Origin: Macrostomum hystrix
Taxonomy: Eukaryota > Animalia > Platyhelminthes
Direction of reading: 5' to 3'
Length of the DNA stretch: 64,000 bases
Assembly: GCA_950097015.1 (NCBI GenBank)
Contig: CATNEN010000003.1
Location: 14,756,001-14,820,000, forward strand
In this document: piece after piece, positions 55,601 to 64,000 of the stretch
Numbering within the stretch: position 1 is the first letter of the stretch
How the letters are laid out: each line of letters opens with the position of its first letter
The notes under the pieces: model-generated
Databases searched by the model: none
Told to the model about the DNA's origin: nothing
The model's input: the letters and a program-made list of their open reading frames with translations, nothing else
Translations under genes and position numbers: made by a program

Positions 55601-58600
55601 CTTTACTGAAACGAGTAAAGATTCATTTCTGTTACTTGACCTTCACTTAGCTCACAAACAGGCGCTGAAGGGATAAGGCAAGGTCTCTAGTTACTATCTG
55701 ACTCGAAGACTCTTTTAGATTCTACAACTTGTGGCCATTTTACCAGCCTATATGGGAAATGTTTCATGTTTCATGCATCGCACACCGTATCTTGTGTGAG
55801 ATATCATTTAACAATAGCAGGAAATCTTTTGCTTACCTGCTAAATATTTAGTTCATATGTAGCTAATAATAGAAATGAGAGAGTTGGGTCAGTGCAACAG
55901 AAAGTACCAGTTGCATACTAAGAAACAATACAGCAAGCCTTGAAAGCAGAGCTGAATAACAATAACATCTTCCTTCTTCAAGACAATTATAATAAACAAG
56001 AATAGTTTCAAGGTTTATCATTTTGCTCCACCAATCTACCCCGATTGCAATGCTCCCGCATTATAAACTACCCCCATTCCAATCTACCCCATTCCAATCT
56101 ACCCCCATTCCAATCTACCCCCATTCCAATCTACCCCCATTCCAATCTACCCCCATTCCAATCTATCTCCATTCCAATCTACCCCATTCCAATCTACACT
56201 CATTCCAATCTACCCCATTCCAATCTACACTCATTCCAAACTACCCCCATTCCAATCTACCCCCATTCCAATCTACCCTCATTCCAATCTACCCCCATTC
56301 CAATCTACCTCCATTCCAATCTACCCTCATTCCAATCTACCCCCATTCCAATCTACCCCCATTCCAATCTACCTCCATTCCAATCTACCCCCATTCCAAT
56401 CTACCCCCATTCCAATCTACCCCCATTCCAATCTACCCCCATTCCAATCTACCCCCATTCCAATCTACCCCCATTCAAATCTACCCCCATTCCAATCTAT
56501 CTCCATTCCAATCTACCCCATTCCAATCTACACTCATTCCAATCTACCCCATTCCAATCTACACTCATTCCAATCTACCCCATTCCAATCTACACTCATT
56601 CCAATCTACCCCCATTCCAATCTACCCTCATTCCAATCTACCCCCATTCCAATCTACCCCCATTCCAATCTACCCCCATTCAAATCTACCCCCATTCCAA
56701 TCTACCCCCATTCCAATCTACCCCCATTCAAATCTACACTCATTCCAAACTACCCCCATTCCAATCTACCCCCATTCCAATCTACCCCCATTCAAATCTA
56801 CCCCCATTCCAATCTACCCCCATTCCAATCTACCCCCATTCAAATCTACACTCATTCCAAACTACCCCCATTCCAATCTACCCCCATTCCAATCTACCCC
56901 CATTCCAATCTACCCCCATTCAAATCTACCCCCATTCCAATCTACCCCCATTCCAATCTACCCCATTCCAATCTACACTCATTCCAAACTACCCCCATTC
57001 CAATCTACCCCCATTCAAATCTACCCCCATTCCAATCTACCCCCATTCCAATCTACCCCCATTCCAATCTACCCCCATTCCAATCTACCCCCATTCCAAT
57101 CTACCCCCATTCCAATCTACCCCCATTCCAATCTACACCCATTCTAATCTACCCCCATTCCAATCTACCCCCATTCCAATCTACCCCCATTCAAATTTAC
57201 ACTCATTCCAAACTACCCCCATTCCAATCTACCCCCATTCCAATCTACACTCATTCCAATCTACCCCATTCCAATCTACACTCATTCTAAACTACCCCCA
57301 TTCCAATCTACCCCATTCCAATCTACACTCATTCCAAACTACCCCCATTCCAATCTACCCCCATTCAAATCTACCCCCATTCCAATCTACCCCCATTCCA
57401 ATCTACCCCCATTCCAATCTACCCCCATTCAAATCTACCCCATTCAAATCTACCCCCATTCCAATCTACCCCCATTCCAATCTACCCCCATTCCAATCTA
57501 CCCCCATTCAAATCTACCCCATTCAAATCTACCCACATTCAAATCTACCCTCATTCAAATCTACCCAATCTACCCCCATCCCAATCTACCCCCATTCCAA
57601 TCTACCCCATTCCAATCTACACTCATTCCAAACTACCCCCATTCCAATCTACACTCATTCCAATCTACCCCATTCCAATCTACACTCATTCCAAACTACC
57701 CCCATTCCAATCTACCCCATTCCAATCTACACTCATTCCAAACTACCCCCATTCCAATCTACCCCCATTCAAATCTACCCCCATTCCAATCTACCCCCAT
57801 TCCAATCTACCCCCATTCCAATCTACCCCCATTCAAATCTACCCCATTCAAATCTACCCACATTCAAATCTACCCTCATTCAAATCTACCCAATCTACCC
57901 CCATTCCAATCTACCCCCATTCCAATCTACCCCCATTCCAATCAACCCCCATTCCAATCTACCCCCATTCCAATCTACCCCCATTCCAATCTACCCCCAT
58001 TCCAATCTACCCCTATTCCAATCTACCCCCATTCCAATCTACCCCCATTCCAATCTACCCCCATTCAAATCTACCCCATTCAAATCTACCCACATTCAAA
58101 TCTACCCTCATTCAAATCTACCCAATCTACCCCCATCCCAATCTACCCCCATTCCAATCTACCCCATTCCAATCTACACTCATTCCAAACTACCCCCATT
58201 CCAATCTACACTCATTCCAATCTACCCCATTCCAATCTACACTCATTCCAAACTACCCCCATTCCAATCTACCCCATTCCAATCTACACTCATTCCAAAC
58301 TACCCCCATTCCAATCTACCCCCATTCAAATCTACCCCCATTCCAATCTACCCCCATTCCAATCTACCCCCATTCCAATCTACCCCCATTCAAATCTACC
58401 CCATTCAAATCTACCCACATTCAAATCTACCCTCATTCAAATCTACCCAATCTACCCCCATCCCAATCTACCCCCATTCCAATCTACCCCCATTCCAATC
58501 TACCCCCATTCCAATCTACCCCCATTCCAATCTACCCCCATTCCAATCTACCCCTATTCCAATCTACACCGATTCCAATCTACCCCCATTCAAATCTACC

Positions 58601-61087
58601 CACATTCAAATCTACCCAATCTACCCCCATCCCAATCTACCCCCATTCCAATCTACCCCCATTCCAATCTACCCAATCTACCCCCATCCCAATCTACCCC
58701 CATTCCAATCTACCCCCATTCAAATCTACCCCCATTCCAATCTACCCCCATTCCAATCTACCCCCATTCCAATCTACCCCCATTCAAATCTACCCCCATT
58801 CCAATCTACCCCCATTCCAATCTACCCCCATTCAAATCTACCCCCATTCCAATCTACCCCCATTCCAATCTACCCCCATTCAAATCTACCCCCATTCCAA
58901 TCTACCCCCATTCCAATCTACCCCCATTCCAATCTACCCCCATTCCAATCTACACCCATTTTAAACTACCTAATCTACCCCCATTACATTCTACCCCTAT
59001 TACATTCTACCCCTATAACATTCTAACCCCTTTACATTCCACCCCTATTACATTCTACCCCTATAACATTCTAACCCCTTTACATTCCACCCCCATTACA
59101 TTTTGCCCCGATTACATTCTACCCCGTTACATTCTACCCCATTACATTCTACCCCATATTATTCTAACCACATTACATTCTACCCCCATTACATTCTACT
59201 CCCATTCCAATCTACCCCCAGTTTAAACTTACCCCAATTCCAAGCAGCATCAATTTAATCTATGCAATTTTATAATGCCACTAAATGGCTAGCAATGTTT
59301 TTATTCGCAGATAAATATAGTAATAAAAATTAATAAAAATAAATAAATATTTTCTATTTTATACTTGTCTGTAATTTCGAAATTAGCATTTACCTCAAAC
59401 AATTTATTCAGTCTTCAGGCATTAGAACTAATATCAACACATTATCGTAATTGCGAAGTTCAAACACGAATTGAGACATGAAAGCTTGCTGCTATATTTG
59501 GACTTTGCACATTCAGTCATTGCTGGCAAGTTTCCAGTGTGACAGAAATGTATATGCACCTAAATGGAACTATTGTTGCTAAAGCATTATTTCAGTTTTC
59601 CAAAAAAATTCCTGATTGATAGCTACACATAAATTGGCTGAAGATCCACTGCCAGCGAGGAGACAATTCTGCCCATTTCGCTGACTCCTGTGCACACACG
59701 CACACAGATACTGTACGCAGGCACACGCTCATACAGATGTGTACACCTGCCCTGACTTTCTCGTCGTCAGGCAGTGTACACTTTTTCTGGGTTTTGAGGC
59801 TGGTCCTCAAGGGTGGAAATTGTCATACAGTGTAGCTTTCTAGATGGTCATACAGTGTAGCTTTCTAGATGGTCATTCAGTGTAGCTTTATCGATGGTCA
59901 TTCAGTGTAGCTTTATCGATGGTCATACAGTGTAGCTTTCTAGATGGTCATACAGTTTAGCTTTCTTGATGGTCATACAGTGCAGCTTTCTAGATGGTCA
60001 TACAGTGTAGCTTTCTAGATGGTCATTCAGTGCAGCTTTCTAGATGGTCATTCAGTGCAGCTTTCTAGATGGTCATTCAGTGTAGCTTTCTAGATGGTCA
60101 TACAGTGTAGCTTTCTAGATGGTCATGCAGTGCAGCTTTCTAGATGGTCATACAGTGTAGCTTTCTAGATGGTCATTCAGTGCAGCTTTCTAGATGGTCT
60201 TCAGTGTAGCTTTCTAGATGGTCATACAGTGTAGCTTTCTAGATGGTCATACAGTGTAGCTTTCTAGATGGTCATTCAGTGTAGCTTTCTAGATGGTCAT
60301 TCAGTGTAGCTTTCTAGATGGTCATTCAGTGTAGCTTTCTAGATGGTCATTCAGTGTAGCTTTCTAGATGGTCATACAGTTTAGCTTTCTTGATGGTCAT
60401 ACAGTGTAGCTTTCTAGATGGTCATACAGTGCAGCTTTCTAGATGGTCATACAGTGTAGCTTTCTAGATGGTCATTCAGTGCAGCTTTCTAGATGGTCTT
60501 CAGTGTAGCTTTCTAGATGGTCATACAGTGTAGCTTTCTAGATGGTCATACAGTGTAGCTTTCTAGATGGTCATTCAGTGTAGCTTTCTAGATGGTCATT
60601 CAGTGTAGCTTTCTAGATGGTCATTCAGTGTAGCTTTCTAGATGGTCATTCAGTGTAGCTTTCTAGATGGTCATACAGTGTAGCTTTCTAGATGGTCATA
60701 CAGTGTAGCTTTCTAGATGGTCATACAATGTAGCTTTCTCGATGGTCATGCAGTGTAGCTTTCTAGATGCTCATAGCCTCCCTATCTTATTCCAAATCGC
60801 CAGGGTCGCCTTTTGAGCCTGACGTCTGACAACCGACTGCACAAATGGGAGCTGAATGCACCGACGACTGGGCAAGATGTCGCCGAGCAGCAATGGCGGC
60901 TTGAGCACGTGACCTCCCTTGAGGCTGGACCGGCTGACGGAGCCGACGGTCAGCTAGTCACCTCAGTTGCCGTGGTTACCGGTGACGCTATCTGGCTCGG
61001 CTATGAGAACGGCCGGGTTCGAGTTGTGGACGGAAAAGCTTGGAAATTTACGGAATTTGAAACTTCGGCTGAATTGATCTCTGCTAG
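49683..61087 (+). CDS. LLGL: Lethal(2) giant larvae (Lgl/LLGL, Lgl-tomosyn WD40 family), 5' part only; exons 49683-49805, 51665-51762, 52469-52553, 60804-61087
   Basis: Spliced translation ...FFDIKP|VCKFGYPECVTATAHDPALNILAVGTKAGEIFV|FGAPGVEFYSKHPAENSEIVKLAFLANQ|GRLLSLTSDNRLHKWEL matches the LLGL N-terminus (HGFP..ALAFDP..MAIGTRSG..YGAPGVEF..GQGRLLSL..LHLWE). Phases 0/2/0 are consistent. The gene continues past the window. Confidence 0.88.
49853..50286. repeat. 21-bp minisatellite in Lgl intron 1
   Basis: CAACCTGTTAGGCACCAGTGC, about 20 copies. Confidence 0.96.
51005..51180. repeat. 16-bp minisatellite (AATCCCGAATTGCTAA)
   Basis: About 10 copies in Lgl intron 1. Confidence 0.9.
53037..54622. 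repeat. 16-bp minisatellite (GGGGAGATATGAGACA), about 99 copies
   Basis: Tandem array in Lgl intron 3. Confidence 0.97.
56065..59240. repeat. 15/16-bp C-rich minisatellite (CCCCATTCCAATCTAC), about 200 copies
   Basis: Almost G-free on the + strand; explains the 993-aa and 374-aa pseudo-ORFs. Confidence 0.97.
59645..59815 (-). mobile_element. SINE family A, 3' part
   Basis: Reverse complement of the family body (GTGTACACTGCCTGACGACGAGAAAGTCAGG...GCGAAATGGGCAGAATTGTCTCCTCGCTGGC). Confidence 0.75.
59822..60775. repeat. 25-bp minisatellite (TAGATGGTCATACAGTGTAGCTTTC), about 38 copies, just upstream of Lgl exon 4
   Basis: Tandem array ending about 30 bp before the acceptor. Confidence 0.96.
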
Positions 61088-61174
61088 GTAAGCACTTAGT
61101 TTTAGTTTGGATCGGGCATTTTTCGACTTGAAGTTATTGTAAATGTTCGGATTAATTTACAGAAATTTACCGAA

Positions 61175-62445
61175 AAGACTTTGACCTTGAAAAGTTCGAC
61201 TGACCTTGGAAAGTTCGACCTTGGAAAAGTTCGAACTTGGGAAAGATTGACTTTGAGAAATTTTTACTTTGACCTTGAAAGTTCGATTGACCTTGGAAAG
61301 TTTGACCTTGGGAAAGATTGACTTTGACAACTTTTGACTTTGACCTTGAAAGTTCGATTGACCTTGGGAAAGTTCGATTTTGGGAAAATTCGACCATGTA
61401 AAAGATTGACATTTGGAAAGTTCGACATTGAAGAGTTTAATCTTGACAAAGTTTGGCCTTAGGAAAGTTTCACCTCTGGAGATATTATTTGTTCTTTTGT
61501 GTAAATGAAGAAATCTTACAAAAATGCAAGATTTATTAAAATGATACATAAGGGTACATAAGAAAAAATATTCATTTTGCATAGATTATAATGTATGGAA
61601 ATTCAGTACGTTATATCTTGCTGTCGCTTCGGTTCAGCAGTATCAATTTTAAGCATCTGGATATTTGCTTAATGCCACCCCCGAGGAGGCTTCGAAAAAA
61701 TCGAAAAGCGCTTCGAATTGCACTAGTTCGTACGAGCTAGCTTCTTTAACACAGACGCGCAGTGTTAAAAGAGGCAAAAGATATTCATTTGCGCTGCACG
61801 ACACTAAACACGATACATTTCTGTTTCTTGGTGTCTTTTTTTCTCAGACTTGGCTGCTGTTTACTGCTGTTTCATTCGAAAATACTTCCATTGACATTGT
61901 GGCAATGTACAATCTTGCAATGCTATAATTAGACTTAATCAGTTTGCACTGCTTAGAACTTGAGGAAAGACGACATTAGAAAATATTGACGTAGGGAAAA
62001 TTTGACCTTTTGAAAGTTTTGACTAGGAAAGTTAGACATTAGGAATGTTTGACCTTGGGAAAGTTTGCCTTTAAGGAAGTTTAAAATCCGAGGAGTTTGA
62101 CCTTGGGACAGATTGCCCTGAAGAAAGATTGCCCTTGAGAAAGATTGAGCTTGGGAACGATTGACCTTGGGAAAGATTGACCTTGGGAAAGATTGACCTT
62201 TTGAAAGTTTTGACTAGGAAAGTTAGACATTAGGAATGTTTGACCTTGGGAAAGTTTGCCTTTAAGGAAGTTTAAAATCCGAGGAGTTTGACCTTGGGAC
62301 AGATTGCCCTGAAGAAAGATTGCCCTTGAGAAAGATTGAGCTTGGGAAAGATTGACCTTGGGAAAGATTGACCTTGGTAAAGTTTGACCTTGGGACAGAT
62401 TGACCTTGGGAAAGATTGACCTTGGGAAAGATTGAGCTTGGGACA
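61175..62445. repeat. Two degenerate TTGACCTTGGGAAAGA arrays (61175-61450 and 61990-62445), the second with an internal duplication of about 190 bp
   Basis: Recurring TTGACCTTG(G)GAAAG; 62003-62180 is repeated at about 62193-62365. Confidence 0.85.
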
Positions 62446-63204
62446 AAAAATGGAGTTAGGAAAATTTCGGTCGATTCAAGTGCTTAATAGCTATTTGTTT
62501 TTATGGTTAATTTTCGGAAATCAAAGCTTCGAGCCAATGAACTTTAACTCTAATAGATATTCTCTGATTAGAGATACGAGGTTTGTTATAATTTTCGTCG
62601 GAATTTAAATTGGCTATAGTAATTTAGCTTAAAGTACGTCTGAGAGACTATTTAATTATTTAGGGGCCGGGACTTTGAATGCTACAGAACTCAGCTTCTT
62701 TATACATTGTATAAAATAATTTTTTATCTCCCAAAGGCTAAAACATCAAAGACCACCGCCCTCTTATGCTACTCTGTATTTATAAAAAACCAGTTTCTTA
62801 GAAAACGTTTTGCAACTTCCTTAGGAAACTGAGTTTTCTAAGTATTATAAACACATGATTGATTGATTGCAGATTTTCGCAAGGCATATAGTTAGTTAGA
62901 CACTGGTGTTGTAGAATGTACTTTTGCGAAGGACTATACCTTTTTCTACGAAATTACAGATTTCGCTTGAGATTATGAAATCGATTAGCTAAGAAGTTTA
63001 ATAAATAATTATTAAAGTATAAGTAGTTAAAAGTGATTATTGGCTTTTTTAAAGTAGGCAATAATCTAAACTAAATATACGATTTGTCATGTGCATAATT
63101 GATAATTAGTAATTAATAATAATAATAATAATAATTGATTACACCTGCCCCAATTGGGCCACATGTGCAGCCGACAGCACAGCCGCAGCTGTTGCGCGGC
63201 GCAT

Positions 63205-63370
63205 CTGAAGGCTGCGTACGGCTGTTCAGTCCATAGACTGGGGGGACGCCATACCCACCCTTAATTATCCCAGCTAATGCTGGACACAAATTGTTTCAGT
63301 GGAGTCGAGGATTCGAACCCCCGACCTTCAATTCGTGAGTCCTGAACCCTAACCACTAGACTACAACCTC
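63205..63370 (-). mobile_element. SINE family B copy
   Basis: Reverse strand has a tRNA-like head (TAGTCTAGTGG, GGTTCGAATCC) and the same 3' end as 7340-7412. Confidence 0.75.
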
Positions 63371-64000
63371 TTAGAAAAGATAGAACAGACAGTTAGATGT
63401 GCATAGTCTAATTCATTCTAATGCATTGTCTGAAGTTGTTGAAGTTGTTATTTATCCCATCCAATATGGGATAAATTATCCCATCTCTATCCGTGCTAGC
63501 TCAAAGCCAATGTCTCTCTGTCTGTTTGTCTGTCGCTTTACTTTTCAAATCCCAACGACCAAAGACCCAGTGCACAGGGGAGAAAGACAGAAAAGCAGAT
63601 AAGACCAGAAGGCAACAATGGGTAGAGAAAGTGGGAAAACGGGTGCAAGAGAGTTACGAGCGCATTATCGATTTTTTGTAGCCCGCCACCTCAATGTCTT
63701 CACAATTCTTTCCCTTTCAACTCAAGCACAGACCTCCAGGCCCGCCATACCCCCGGCTGTCAGTCTTGAGTCTAGACTCGGTCAGTATTAGCCCCTGGGT
63801 AAGGAATGCTATATACGCGCTCGTAGAACTATTTGGGACAAAACAGTGTGCAAAATAGTTTTTTATCAATAGTACATAGCCAATGCTCCCTAAGGGCGTA
63901 CTGTCTAGCCAGAGACAACATCTGAGTATCGGTCCCTTGTGCTCAAATTCTAGTCTAGATTAAATAAATATTAGCCTCATTTAGTGCTTCCTCCAGGCCT

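Noticed and set aside
56023-59026. 993-aa and 374-aa Pro-rich extensin-like ORFs
   Set aside because: G-free tandem repeat inside an Lgl intron; open frames are expected by composition.
63112-63136. (AAT)n microsatellite
   Set aside because: Short, ordinary simple repeat.

Overview
Eukaryotic (animal) genomic DNA with spliceosomal GT-AG introns and a very high minisatellite load. The GPCR type and repeat landscape suggest a free-living flatworm such as Macrostomum, but that is inference only. Contents: (1) an intronless DMSR/FMRFamide-receptor-like class A GPCR on the - strand (1416-2771). (2) A 539-bp hAT-type MITE with 16-bp TIRs and an 8-bp TSD (4057-4595). (3) An intact, apparently very young Ty3/Gypsy (Mag-like) LTR retrotransposon (13751-18816) with 333-bp LTRs, a GTTTC TSD and one 1420-aa gag-pol ORF; its LTR carries three perfect heat-shock elements directly upstream of a TATA box. 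(4) A complete DNA polymerase epsilon catalytic subunit gene (POLE, - strand, 21447-47082, 21 coding exons, about 2360 aa, assembled by hand); most of its introns carry their own private minisatellite. (5) The first four coding exons of a divergently transcribed lethal(2) giant larvae (Lgl) gene on the + strand, starting at 49683 and running out of the window. (6) Two tRNA-derived SINE families and more than 20 tandem arrays. Best leads: the hsp70-like promoter in the LTR, intronic repeat units that carry splice-site mimics (including an intron built from copies of its own donor site), and a sharply bounded CpG desert in POLE intron 1. Most long ORFs in the ORF track are artefacts of tandem repeats.
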